A stretch of DNA of 64,000 bases from an uncultured Alphaproteobacteria bacterium (GTDB lineage Bacteria; Pseudomonadota; Alphaproteobacteria; Caulobacterales; Parvularculaceae). Of this stretch, positions 52,541 through 62,370 are shown piece by piece. Location: assembly GCA_942492295.1 (NCBI GenBank), contig CALODW010000005.1, positions 1,605,214-1,669,213 of the forward strand, read 5' to 3'. The notes under the pieces are model-generated. The model made no database searches, was not told the DNA's origin, and saw only the letters and a program-made list of their open reading frames with translations. Position 1 is the stretch's first letter, and every line of letters starts with the position of its first letter. Position numbers and translations under genes: made by a program.

Positions 52541-53233
52541 ATGCCTGCGACGAAAGTCCTGATCGTCGAAGACGAAGACGCGCTGTCGACAATCCTTGAA
52601 TACAATCTCGCCAAGGAAAAGTTTGACGTTTCCCTCGCCACGGACGGCGAAGAAGGGCTCCTCAAAGTCGAGGAATTCGGCCCCGATATTATCATCCTCG
52701 ACTGGATGCTTCCCAAGGTCTCGGGCATCGAAGTTTGCCGCCGCATTCGGTCAAAATCGGAAACGCGCAACATCCCGATCATCATGCTGACCGCCCGGTC
52801 CGAGGAATCGGACCGCATACGCGGGCTCGAGACAGGTGCAGACGATTATCTCACCAAACCGTTTTCCACGAATGAGTTGATTGCCCGGATGAAGGCGATC
52901 CTGCGGCGTATCCGGCCGGGCCTTGCCGACGACACGGTGGTGTTCGGCGACATCAGTATCGACCGCGTTTCTCACAAGGTGACGCGAGGGGACAAGGAGA
53001 TACATTTAGGTCCGACTGAATTTCGTTTATTGGACCATTTGATCCAGCACCCGGGCCGTGTTTTTTCCCGTGAGCAATTGCTCAACGCCGTATGGGGCTC
53101 TGATGTCTTTGTCGAGGTGCGCACCGTCGATGTGCATATCGGGCGGCTGCGCAAGGCGCTCAACAAATACAAACAAGGTGACGCCATCCGGACCGTAAGG
53201 TCCGCCGGTTATGCGCTGGATATGAGCGAATAA
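52541..53233 (+). CDS. phoB: phosphate regulon response regulator PhoB (OmpR family)
   Basis: A receiver domain (DD...D...K) and a winged-helix output domain. The N-terminus MPATKVLIVEDE is typical of PhoB. Confidence 0.95.
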   Translation: MPATKVLIVEDEDALSTILEYNLAKEKFDVSLATDGEEGLLKVEEFGPDIIILDWMLPKVSGIEVCRRIRSKSETRNIPIIMLTARSEESDRIRGLETGADDYLTKPFSTNELIARMKAILRRIRPGLADDTVVFGDISIDRVSHKVTRGDKEIHLGPTEFRLLDHLIQHPGRVFSREQLLNAVWGSDVFVEVRTVDVHIGRLRKALNKYKQGDAIRTVRSAGYALDMSE

Positions 53234-53263
53234 AAAACCCGCCAATATGGCGGGTTTTTTTTT
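53233..53263. terminator. Rho-independent bidirectional terminator between phoB and gcrA
   Basis: aaaaaacccgcc-aatat-ggcgggttttttttt. Confidence 0.8.
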
Positions 53264-53285
53264 AAACTGCTGATGTGGTTGCAGA

Positions 53286-53795
53286 TTAACCGGCGGCGCG
53301 GCGGCGCTCCAATTGCGCGGCGGCGGGACGGCGCACATCAGTGCGTTCACGACGCTGTGGCGGCTGGAAGGCCATGCGCGCATGATGGGTACAATAGGAT
53401 TTGCCCATCAGCGCTGGCTGGCCACAAAAATGGAAATCATCTTTTGCCGGATCGCCAATTGGCCATTTGCACATATTGTTCTTGATTGTGTTGACGGTGG
53501 TTTTGTCACCTGTATCGAGGACCAGCGGCGCGATCGATTCCGGCTCCGGGATTACCGAGCGCATTTCGGTGCGCGCCGCCGGCTTCGCAGTAATCGTTTC
53601 TTTGCGCTCCGGCGCCGGCCCACAGCCCCGCTGAGGCTTCGCCGGCGTCGCTCGACCGGATAGGCCCAGCCGGTGCACTTTGCCAATCACCGCGTTTCGC
53701 GTAACACCGCCCATTTTATTGGCGATCTGCGCCGCAGAAAGGCCCTCCGACCACAAGGTTTTTAGAAGCTCCACCCGCTCATCTGTCCAAGCCAT
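53286..53795 (-). CDS. gcrA: cell-cycle transcriptional regulator GcrA
   Basis: The N-terminus MAWTDERVELLKTLWSEGLSAAQIA is characteristic of GcrA, and a C-terminal sigma-interaction domain is present. Confidence 0.9.
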   Translation of the reverse strand: MAWTDERVELLKTLWSEGLSAAQIANKMGGVTRNAVIGKVHRLGLSGRATPAKPQRGCGPAPERKETITAKPAARTEMRSVIPEPESIAPLVLDTGDKTTVNTIKNNMCKWPIGDPAKDDFHFCGQPALMGKSYCTHHARMAFQPPQRRERTDVRRPAAAQLERRRAAG

Positions 53796-54046
53796 CTCGC
53801 CCGTCTCCTTGATTTATCCGGCCCTGATCATCCCGGATGCGCATACGGCGCAGGTCAAATTCACAATATTTTGTGCCAAGAATGCGCGCCCTTCCGTTGG
53901 CGCCTAAATATAGTATCCAATAAGTTGCGAAACACAACATGGCGCCCCAACAAATTTTTGCCCACCATATGTTGATAATACTTCACCCTTGACGGCGCGA
54001 GCCCCCTGCGCGCACATCCGTTGCAATGCAGCAAGACGGACAGACC

Positions 54047-54913
54047 ATGACCCGCACTGAAACAACCCCGCCCCTGGGTGATGCATCATCCTTTTCCAGC
54101 GCCAACTCGACATTCGGTACACGGCGGTTTGGCGCGGTGAACTGGCTCGGACTTTGGACCCTTTACGTGAAGGAGGTCCGCCGTTTTCTGAAAGTGATGT
54201 TTCAAACCGTCGTCGCACCGGTGATCTCAACGCTCTTGTTCCTGATCGTCTTTACACAGGCTTTCGGCGGCGTGCGTCCGGACGTCAACGGCGTGCCCTT
54301 CGTCGAATTCCTTGCGCCCGGGCTCATCATGATGGCGGTGCTGACGAACGCCTTCACGAACTCCGCCTCTTCGCTGATGATTTCCAAAGTACAGGGCTCG
54401 ATTGTCGACGTCTTGATGCCGCCCTTGTCAGCGGCGGAACTCGCTATTGCATTCGTGGCGGGCGCCGCCACACGCGGGCTGCTGGTGGGGTTTGTCACGG
54501 CGGTGACCTGCGCCGGATTTATGTATTGGATCGGCTCGCCCATGAAGCTTGAATCCTTCTGGGCGGTCGCATTCTTTTCGCTCGGCGCCGCTGTCATCTT
54601 CGGCGCCATCGGCGTTATCGGCGGCATATGGGCGGACAAGTTCGATCAAATGGCGGCGGTGACAAATTTTGTCATCACGCCTTTAACATTCTTGTCCGGC
54701 ACCTTTTATTCCGTAGACAGATTGCCGGAGCCCTTTCGCACAGCCAGCCACTACAACCCGGTCTATTATCTGATCGACGGATTCCGCTCCGGCTTCACCG
54801 GCGTGCCAGAAGCCAGCATGACCGCTGGCGTCGCCGTGACACTGCTTTTCGCCGTCATCTTTTCCGCCAGCGCCTATCTGTTGTTGCGGTCCGGGTACAA
54901 GATCAAAGAATAA
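54047..54913 (+). CDS. ABC-2 family transporter permease (no adjacent ATPase)
   Basis: Six TM helices with the ABC-2 fold signature. Start trimmed to the ATG at 54047. Confidence 0.78.
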   Translation: MTRTETTPPLGDASSFSSANSTFGTRRFGAVNWLGLWTLYVKEVRRFLKVMFQTVVAPVISTLLFLIVFTQAFGGVRPDVNGVPFVEFLAPGLIMMAVLTNAFTNSASSLMISKVQGSIVDVLMPPLSAAELAIAFVAGAATRGLLVGFVTAVTCAGFMYWIGSPMKLESFWAVAFFSLGAAVIFGAIGVIGGIWADKFDQMAAVTNFVITPLTFLSGTFYSVDRLPEPFRTASHYNPVYYLIDGFRSGFTGVPEASMTAGVAVTLLFAVIFSASAYLLLRSGYKIKE

Positions 54914-54924
54914 AGCCTTAGCGT

Positions 54925-55872
54925 ATGAGTAAGCACGAAATACCCCACACCGTACCGGCGGACGACATCATCATTCCGTTTCAAGTGGCTGACACCGCCG
55001 TTCGCGGACGCGTGGTAAGGCTTTCGGGATCCATCAACGAAATTCTGGGCGGCCACGGCTTTCCCGAACCCGTATCGGTTCTGCTTGGCGAAGCGGTAGC
55101 CCTTGTAGCGATGATGGGCGCCGCCCTTAAATTTGACGGAAAATTGATTTTCCAGGCGCAGGGCGACGGCGCGGTCCCGTTGGTCGTGGCCGACTATTCC
55201 GCCAATGGTGCGCTTCGCGCCACCGCAAAGGTCAGCGACGACAAACTGGCCACACAGCCTGCGGACACAGTGCGCGCGCTGCTGGGCGCCGGGTCTATCG
55301 TTATGACCATTGACCAGGGTCCGGACATGGAGCGCTATCAAGGCGTTACGCCCATAGAGGGCGCCAGCATCGCTGAAGCCGCTGTCGCCTATTTCGATCA
55401 GTCGGAACAAATCCCTACCATCATCAAGCTCGCCGTTGGCCGCATCACTGTTCCGGGTGCGGACGAAATGTGGCGGGCGGGCGGGCTGATGGCGCAATTC
55501 GTGCCAGGCGAAGGGGGCTCACGCGAGCGGGGCGAGGCGGCGCTTTCAACCCTCGATGATCGCGAGACATGGGAGCGGGCCGCCGCCTTCGTTCAAACGA
55601 CGCAACCAGACGAGCTGCTGGACCCTTCAATAAGCGCCGAAACCCTGCTCTACCGCCTGTTCCACGAGGATGGCGTCAGAGTATTTGATCCGCAACCTGT
55701 GCGCGCCGAATGCAACTGCAATCAAGAAAAAATCAGCGCCGTCCTGTCGCGCTACACCAGCGAAGATCTGCACGATATGGTGGAAGACGGCGCTATCACC
55801 GTAACCTGCGAATTCTGCCGCAAAGCGTATGCATTTTCCCCGGACGGCGCCCCGAAGGACGAATCCCCATGA
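54925..55872 (+). CDS. hslO: redox-regulated chaperone Hsp33
   Basis: Has the C-terminal zinc centre CxC...CxxC (CNCN...CEFCRK). 315 aa. Confidence 0.92.
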   Translation: MSKHEIPHTVPADDIIIPFQVADTAVRGRVVRLSGSINEILGGHGFPEPVSVLLGEAVALVAMMGAALKFDGKLIFQAQGDGAVPLVVADYSANGALRATAKVSDDKLATQPADTVRALLGAGSIVMTIDQGPDMERYQGVTPIEGASIAEAAVAYFDQSEQIPTIIKLAVGRITVPGADEMWRAGGLMAQFVPGEGGSRERGEAALSTLDDRETWERAAAFVQTTQPDELLDPSISAETLLYRLFHEDGVRVFDPQPVRAECNCNQEKISAVLSRYTSEDLHDMVEDGAITVTCEFCRKAYAFSPDGAPKDESP

Positions 55873-56651
55873 AGAAAAAACGTTTCAACAAAGAGTTGCA
55901 GGAGCTGGAGTTCGAACTGGCGAAGTTGCAGGAAACGGTGGCGCGCAAGGGGCTAAAACTGGCGATCATATTCGAGGGGCGTGACGCCGCCGGCAAGGGG
56001 GGCGCCATCAAAACCATCCTGCGCCGCATGAACGCACGTATCTGGCGCATCGCCGCCTTGCCAAAACCCTCGGACCGCGAACGCACCCAGTGGTATTTCG
56101 AACGCTACGTGAAGCATTTGCCGGCCGGCGGCGAAATCGTGCTGTTTGATCGCTCCTGGTACAACCGCGCTGTTGTCGAGCCCGTCATGGGGTTTTGCAC
56201 CGAAGCGGAGCATGAAGCCTTCATGCGCGAGGTTCCACAATTTGAAAACATGCTCATGGACAGCGGACTGATCCTGATCAAATTCTGGATCCACATAACC
56301 GCGGAAGAACAAGAGGCGCGATTTCAGGACCGGGCGACGGACCCGCGCAAACGTTGGAAACTGTCGCCGATCGACTTGAAAGCGCGCGATCTATGGATCG
56401 AGTTCACCCGGTATCGCGACAAGATGTTCAAACTCACCAGCACCAAACAGGCGCCTTGGCTGGTTGTCGACGGCAATGACAAAGAAAAAGCGCGGCTCAA
56501 CATCATTCGCGCCATCCTTGACCGCGTGCCGTATGAATTCAACGAAGCAGCGTTTGAACCAATCACGCTGCCGCCGCGTCCGGACATCAAGGATAGTGAT
56601 TACGACGAGCCCGAATTGGCTGACCTCAATCTTATTAAAGATTACTATTGA
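55869..56651 (+). CDS. ppk2: polyphosphate kinase 2 (PPK2, single-domain class)
   Basis: Walker A (GRDAAGKGG) and a lid motif. ATGA overlap with hslO. Start trimmed to 55869. Confidence 0.9.
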   Translation: MKKKRFNKELQELEFELAKLQETVARKGLKLAIIFEGRDAAGKGGAIKTILRRMNARIWRIAALPKPSDRERTQWYFERYVKHLPAGGEIVLFDRSWYNRAVVEPVMGFCTEAEHEAFMREVPQFENMLMDSGLILIKFWIHITAEEQEARFQDRATDPRKRWKLSPIDLKARDLWIEFTRYRDKMFKLTSTKQAPWLVVDGNDKEKARLNIIRAILDRVPYEFNEAAFEPITLPPRPDIKDSDYDEPELADLNLIKDYY

Positions 56652-56751
56652 GTCACCAAGGCGCTAAGCGCGCGCGGCGTCCCGTGAAACTCCATTGGAA
56701 CAAATCCGTTAACCGCGTGTTCTTCTGACACGGAGAAATATGGAGTGTGCA

Positions 56752-57228
56752 ATGAGAACACAGGGAATTCTCGCCCTTGCGGCGTTGACAATGGCTGGCT
56801 GCGCAACGGGCTACGGCCCGGTATATGAGCGGGCGCAGTCACAATATGATGACGGCTTTTCTGAGCAACGCGTTGAAGAGAACAGGTACCGCGTTCAATA
56901 TCGTATTGAGAACGGCGACTTACGGCTTGCCCAGGACTGGGCGCTGCGCCGCGCGGCGGAACTGACGCTTGACCGGCGCTACGACTGGTTCCAGATCATC
57001 AGCCGCAATCAATCATTCCGGGATGACGACTTCGATCGTTATGACCGATTCCGTTCGTACAATGATAATGATCGATATAGCGCGCGCCCGCGCTATGATT
57101 CGCGTTATGATGACGATGCCGTCGTTGTGATTGAGGTCATCATGGGCAACGACCCGCCGCCGCGAAACGCCAGCGTATATGATGCACGCGAAGTGCTGGA
57201 CTACACGCGCGGCCGCACACGCTATTAA
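56752..57228 (+). CDS. hypothetical lipoprotein with an Asp/Arg/Tyr-rich low-complexity region
   Basis: Lipobox LTMAGCATG, and RYDxRYDD-type tracts similar in composition to the 4358..5134 protein. Confidence 0.55.
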   Translation: MRTQGILALAALTMAGCATGYGPVYERAQSQYDDGFSEQRVEENRYRVQYRIENGDLRLAQDWALRRAAELTLDRRYDWFQIISRNQSFRDDDFDRYDRFRSYNDNDRYSARPRYDSRYDDDAVVVIEVIMGNDPPPRNASVYDAREVLDYTRGRTRY

Positions 57229-57243
57229 CCCCGCCAGTGAGTG

Positions 57244-58035
57244 CTACCCCGAGGGAGTGCGTGAATTCATGTTCACGCGCTCCCACATTTTTACGTCGCG
57301 CAGCCAGCGGGCGTAACCATACATCATGGCCAGCGCCACACCATAAACGCCGCCGCGAAAATACTGGTCGGAAAAATATCGCTTGCTGAAATAAATCGGT
57401 AGTCCAAACACAATGCGCAACGCCAGGTAGGGCTTGGACTTTAGCGGCGCCTCGATTGATGAGTTGCGGTTGAGCTTGTTCATGAGATGCGCAGCATCCG
57501 TAAAAGCGTAGTGCAGCAGTCGCGCCCGCATAACGCCGATTTCAACGTCCTTCGGAAGCCGGAACTGGTCCCATCCGTCATGATCGGGCGCCCGCACCAC
57601 GCGGCGGTCATAGACTTTATGTCTGGTCTGGTTGCCGAAATTCACCCACGGCTCACCGATAGGCGGCACAAGGGCCAGCATAGTGCGATAAATCTTTTTC
57701 GGCGGCTCACCAGCGGCGAACATGCCTTTTAGCTCGTCGGCGAATTCCTGCGTGACGACCTCATCAGCATCGAGATCAAGCATCCAGTCATAGTCGCAGG
57801 CGTCTTCGGCAATCCTTTTTTGCCGCCCCCAACCCTGCCATTCATGCTCGATCACACGGGCGCCCGCGTCGCGCGCCAGCGCAACTGTCTGGTCTGTAGA
57901 GCCAGAATCAACCACCACCACTTCGCGCGCCGCCAGCAGGGCTGCGCGAACGACATCGGCGATCATGCGCTCCTCGTTCTTGGCGCGAATAATAGCGGAG
58001 ACAGGCGGGCGCATTTCAGACATAAGCCTTCTCAA
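57244..58035 (-). CDS. family 2 glycosyltransferase
   Basis: N-terminal GT-A motifs (SAIIRAKNEE..., VVVVDSGSTD, DAD). Stop/start overlap with the upstream regulator gene. Confidence 0.8.
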   Translation of the reverse strand: MRRLMSEMRPPVSAIIRAKNEERMIADVVRAALLAAREVVVVDSGSTDQTVALARDAGARVIEHEWQGWGRQKRIAEDACDYDWMLDLDADEVVTQEFADELKGMFAAGEPPKKIYRTMLALVPPIGEPWVNFGNQTRHKVYDRRVVRAPDHDGWDQFRLPKDVEIGVMRARLLHYAFTDAAHLMNKLNRNSSIEAPLKSKPYLALRIVFGLPIYFSKRYFSDQYFRGGVYGVALAMMYGYARWLRDVKMWERVNMNSRTPSG

Positions 58036-59438
58036 TCAAACGCAAAGCTGAACGGCGCGGCCATGCGGCGGTGTTCGTCAATAATCAAGCGCCGCTCCAA
58101 TGGCGGGTGCGCGCGCGCCGCACAGGCGGGACGAGAGCACAGCCGGCAGGTGACGCCAATCTCCGCGCGCTTGGCCGTGCTCAAGTCGATCTCCTTGGCA
58201 TATACCAGCCTGTCGGCATATTTCAGATCGCACCCCAGCGCCACCGCCCGGTCCGCGCTCGGCGCCAAAAAGCCGCCAGCGCCGCCATGAACGGTGCGCG
58301 CAATGGAAAAATACGTGTCGCCCTCCGGCAATTGCACAATCTGCGTAATAATCTTTCGCGGGGTCCGAAAAGTCTCGTGAATATTCCAGATGGGGCACGA
58401 CCCGCCGAAACGCGCAAACGGAAATACCCCGCCGGAAAATCGCTTGGACACATTTCCCGCGGCGTCGAAACGGAGGAAGTAAAACGGCACGCCCTCCATG
58501 CCCGGACGCTGCAATGTCGTCAGGCGATGGCATACCTGCTCGAAACTGGCGCCAAAGCGCCGGCCAAGCGTTTCGATATCATAGTCCAGTTCTTCTGCAG
58601 ACTGCTGAAATCGCCGGTAGGGCAAAATGATGGCGCCGGCATAGTAATTCGCCAGCGTTGCGCGCACCAGCTTTCGCCCGGCATCGCTTTCAAAATCACC
58701 CGCCTCACTCACTGAATCAAGCAGTTCGCGTCCCTCAATCAACGCAAGCTGCAACGCCAGTTGAAACACTCGACTAGCCTGATCCAGCGCTTCGGAAATC
58801 ATCACCTGTTTTCGGTGTTTGTCATGGCGGCGATAGGCGCCGACCATGATATCTTCCGGCAGTACACGGACTTTTAATCCATGGCGCTTCGAAAACCGCT
58901 CCGACAGCGCGTCGAACAGGACACCCTTGTGCGCGGCAAGTGAAGACGCTGTTTCTTCGCCAGCCTGATCGAGCGCCGGAAAATAATTACGGGCATCCGC
59001 AACAAAATCCCTCGCTTCCTGAAGCGGGTCTTTCGCCTCGCCGCCATCGGCACGCGCCTCCATCACGGCGCTCTGCCCCGACCGATAGCTTTGATAAAGG
59101 GCCGCCATCGCTTCACCCAGCGCGGGGTTGCTCGCCATCAAATCGCGGATGTCGTCGCGTCCGATGGAATGGTCCGAAAATACGGGGTCGGAAAGCGCCG
59201 CCTGGAGCTGCTCGAGAGTCTTGTCTTCAGCGCTCGCGAAGGCTGCGATATCGAGGTCGTAGTTTTCGGCAAGACGGATCAGCAGATCCGCCGACATGGG
59301 CCGATGATTGCGCTCAATCAGCGCGATGTATGACGGCGACACCCCGAGCTCATCCGCCATCACAGCCTGGGTAAGACCAAGCCCGCGCCGAAGCCGCCGC
59401 AGGCGCGGACCCATGAAGGTACTGCGTTCCTTAACCAT
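58032..59438 (-). CDS. short-chain fatty acyl-CoA regulator family protein (RamB / ScfR-like: XRE HTH plus an ImmA/DUF2083-type C-terminal domain)
   Basis: N-terminal HTH (LGLTQAVMADELGVSPSYIALIERNHR) with a large C-terminal domain. Divergent from isocitrate lyase. An alternative GTG start is at 59450. Confidence 0.8.
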   Translation of the reverse strand: MVKERSTFMGPRLRRLRRGLGLTQAVMADELGVSPSYIALIERNHRPMSADLLIRLAENYDLDIAAFASAEDKTLEQLQAALSDPVFSDHSIGRDDIRDLMASNPALGEAMAALYQSYRSGQSAVMEARADGGEAKDPLQEARDFVADARNYFPALDQAGEETASSLAAHKGVLFDALSERFSKRHGLKVRVLPEDIMVGAYRRHDKHRKQVMISEALDQASRVFQLALQLALIEGRELLDSVSEAGDFESDAGRKLVRATLANYYAGAIILPYRRFQQSAEELDYDIETLGRRFGASFEQVCHRLTTLQRPGMEGVPFYFLRFDAAGNVSKRFSGGVFPFARFGGSCPIWNIHETFRTPRKIITQIVQLPEGDTYFSIARTVHGGAGGFLAPSADRAVALGCDLKYADRLVYAKEIDLSTAKRAEIGVTCRLCSRPACAARAHPPLERRLIIDEHRRMAAPFSFAFD

Positions 59439-59456
59439 TTTCGCCTCCACGGCGGA

Positions 59457-59505
59457 TTTGTAAGTATCATTACTATATTACAAAAATATATTGTAAAGTC
59501 TTACA
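59457..59505. promoter_or_regulatory. AT-rich operator-like region with two inverted repeats (TTTGTAA-N14-TTACAAA and TGTAA-N4-TTACA) between the regulator gene and aceA
   Basis: Seen directly in the sequence. It lies in the divergent promoter region of the regulator/ICL pair. Confidence 0.35.
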
Positions 59506-59605
59506 CCAGCACCCTTTCGCAGCTGCAAAAGGGCTGTGGCGCTCTTAGGCAGGTTGGAGAGCAAAATTTTGGGCGCTGCCCGTTGCGTAATCAGGATCAA
59601 GAACC

Positions 59606-61198
59606 ATGGCTTATCAGGACGATATCAACACCACCCTCCAGCTCATCAAAAGCCATGACGGCGCGTGGAGCGGCGTCGACGCGGAATCCGTCGCCCGCAT
59701 GCGCGCGCAAAACCGTTTCCGCACCGGCCTCGACATCGCGAAATACTGCGCGAAGATTATGCGCGATGACATGGCGGCCTATGACGCCGACCCCGCCAAT
59801 TACACCCAGTCCCTCGGTTGCTGGCATGGCTTTGTCGGCCAGCAAAAAATGATCTCTATCAAAAAGCATTTTGGCGACACCAAGGGACGTTATCTTTATC
59901 TTTCCGGCTGGATGGTCGCCGCCCTGCGCTCGGAATTCGGCCCGCTGCCAGACCAGTCCATGCACGAAAAAACATCCGTACCTGCACTGATCGAAGAGCT
60001 TTACACCTTCCTTAAACAAGCCGACGCACGCGAGTTAGGACTTTTATTCCGCGACCTCGATGCGGCGCGCGGCGCCAACGATCAGGCCAAAATCAAAACG
60101 ATCCAATCTCAGATCGACAATTACGAAACCCATGTGGTTCCGATTGTCGCCGACATTGACGCCGGTTTCGGCAACGCCGAAGCAACCTATCTGCTCGCCA
60201 AGAAAATGATCGAGGCCGGCGCCTGCGCCCTACAGATCGAAAACCAGGTCTCCGACGAAAAACAGTGCGGCCACCAGGACGGCAAGGTCACAGTGCCGCA
60301 CGAAGATTTTCTCGCCAAGATCCGCGCCTGCCGCTACGCCTTTCTCGAGCTTGGCGTTGATGACGGGATTATCGTCGCGCGCACGGACTCCCTCGGCGCA
60401 GGCCTCACCAAACAGATCGCCTACACCGCAGAGCCCGGCGACCTTGGCGACCAATATAATTCGTTCCTCGATTGCACTGAGGTTGCGCCCCAGGATATCG
60501 GCAATGGCGACGTCCTGATTACGCGTAATGGCAAGCTGATGCGGCCAAAGCGCCTGCGCAGTAATCTGTTTCAGTTCAAAAAGGGCACAGGCGAGGATCG
60601 CTGCGTTCTTGACTGCATCACCTCGCTGCAGCACGGCGCCGACTTGCTGTGGATCGAAACCGAAAAACCGCATGTTGAACAGATCGCCGGCATGGTCGAC
60701 CGCATTCGCGAGGTCATCCCTAACGCCAAGCTTGTCTACAATAATTCGCCGAGCTTTAACTGGACGCTCAACTTCCGTCAGCAGGTATTCGATGCATGGG
60801 AAAGCGACGGCAAAGACGTTTCGGCTTATGACCGCGACAAGCTGATGAGCGTCGACTACGACACGACCGACCTCGCGCTGGAAGCCGACAATCGCATTCA
60901 GTCTTTCCAGCGCGACGCCTCCAAGCGCGCAGGTATTTTCCATCACCTCATCACGCTGCCAACCTATCACACGGCTGCGCTTTCAACGGACAACCTCGCC
61001 AAGCGCTATTTTGGCGACGAGGCCATGCTCGGTTACGTCAAGACCGTACAGCGCGAGGAAATTCGTCAGGGCATTGCCTGCGTCAAACACCAGAATATGT
61101 CCGGGTCAGACATCGGCGACGATCACAAGGAGTATTTCGCTGGCGACGCTGCGCTGAAAGCGGGCGGCAAAGACAACACCATGAACCAGTTCAGCTAA
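59606..61198 (+). CDS. aceA: isocitrate lyase (long ~530-aa form)
   Basis: ICL family with the K-K-C-G-H signature (KQCGHQDGK). 530 aa. Confidence 0.95.
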   Translation: MAYQDDINTTLQLIKSHDGAWSGVDAESVARMRAQNRFRTGLDIAKYCAKIMRDDMAAYDADPANYTQSLGCWHGFVGQQKMISIKKHFGDTKGRYLYLSGWMVAALRSEFGPLPDQSMHEKTSVPALIEELYTFLKQADARELGLLFRDLDAARGANDQAKIKTIQSQIDNYETHVVPIVADIDAGFGNAEATYLLAKKMIEAGACALQIENQVSDEKQCGHQDGKVTVPHEDFLAKIRACRYAFLELGVDDGIIVARTDSLGAGLTKQIAYTAEPGDLGDQYNSFLDCTEVAPQDIGNGDVLITRNGKLMRPKRLRSNLFQFKKGTGEDRCVLDCITSLQHGADLLWIETEKPHVEQIAGMVDRIREVIPNAKLVYNNSPSFNWTLNFRQQVFDAWESDGKDVSAYDRDKLMSVDYDTTDLALEADNRIQSFQRDASKRAGIFHHLITLPTYHTAALSTDNLAKRYFGDEAMLGYVKTVQREEIRQGIACVKHQNMSGSDIGDDHKEYFAGDAALKAGGKDNTMNQFS

Positions 61199-61428
61199 CG
61201 TGCATTCAGGAAACGTGTAAGCGCTATTCCGTCAACAATGCGCGCATAAAAAATCGGGCGGTCCTGTCGTCAACCATGGCGATGAACGTGTCCACCAAAG
61301 GGCCGCCCGGCCAAAGCCCGCTAAAAAACATTATGCTGCGGGCATAAAGGGGCGCTTTTCTACAGGGAGGAAGCGTCACAATTGCGCCGCTGCGAGCCAA
61401 AGCTTGCAGCGGCGTTTTTAATCCCGCG

Positions 61429-62133
61429 CTATCGCGGACGACGGCGGCGTTCTCCCGATCGCTCAGGTCCACTGCCCCTGTTTTCGCTCCCCGCACGCGC
61501 CTCGTCCGATGCCATTGGCGCAAACTCGGTCATGGAAATTTTGTGAAACTGCGCCGCTTGCATTCGCGCGGCCTCTGTCATTTCCGGCGCAAGCGCGCTT
61601 TGCAGATGCGCGCTAACGAGCGACCCGAGCGGCCTCAATCCGTAAGTTTCACGCGCGCCATTCTTGTCATAAATGATGGACCACGCCTCCGCGCGAACCG
61701 GGTCCGAATCGATAAACGAAATTTTCTGCCCGGGCGCGCCGCTTAGAATTTCCGCGAGTTTCAATTGCGCGCGCGGGTTACCGGCCCAGGCGGCGCGATT
61801 AAGCCAGAACAGACTTTCATTGCGAAACAGCGCCGTTTCTTCATCGCTGTCGCCAACCATCTCCAATAGGCAGGCGCCGAGCTCGTATTGCGCAATCTCA
61901 TATCCGTCGCCAAAGCTTGATACGATGCGATACGCGGGCGCCGCCCTGGCGCATCCCTGCCGCGCCTGTAAATCGCGCGCATGAGACAAGAGCGCCGACG
62001 GCTGGTTCACGCCCACCGGCCCCGCCGCCCGGCCGCCGCGTTCCCGCTTCCCGGAAGAGGCGCACCCAGCCGCGGCGGCAATCAAAAGCGATAGCATGAG
62101 GTTTCGGAAAATCATCAAATAGAACCTTTTCAA
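61429..62133 (-). CDS. hypothetical lipoprotein (234 aa)
   Basis: Lipobox AAAGCASS. No family recognised. Confidence 0.5.
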   Translation of the reverse strand: MKRFYLMIFRNLMLSLLIAAAAGCASSGKRERGGRAAGPVGVNQPSALLSHARDLQARQGCARAAPAYRIVSSFGDGYEIAQYELGACLLEMVGDSDEETALFRNESLFWLNRAAWAGNPRAQLKLAEILSGAPGQKISFIDSDPVRAEAWSIIYDKNGARETYGLRPLGSLVSAHLQSALAPEMTEAARMQAAQFHKISMTEFAPMASDEARAGSENRGSGPERSGERRRRPR

Positions 62134-62370
62134 AACAGTGGCGCGGGGTGAGCACTTGTCAAACGGACCAGCGGGAATATTCCGTCGCAGAAAGTTTTTT
62201 CATTTATTGCGACGGATAGAGCGCGCCCCGCCGTATATCTACCGGGTTGGGACGATAGCATCATACGCGCCCACGTTGGATGCAAATGGTTTTGACCCAT
62301 TGACCTCCCGCGCGTCCCCTTTTGCGCCCTGCCGCCCCGCAGGAACGCAGATTGGGGGCGCGCCCCTCTC

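Noticed and set aside
55710-55868. Longer N-terminus for PPK2
   Set aside because: The extension is Arg-rich and overlaps hslO. The ATG at 55869 gives the canonical PPK2 start and an ATGA overlap.
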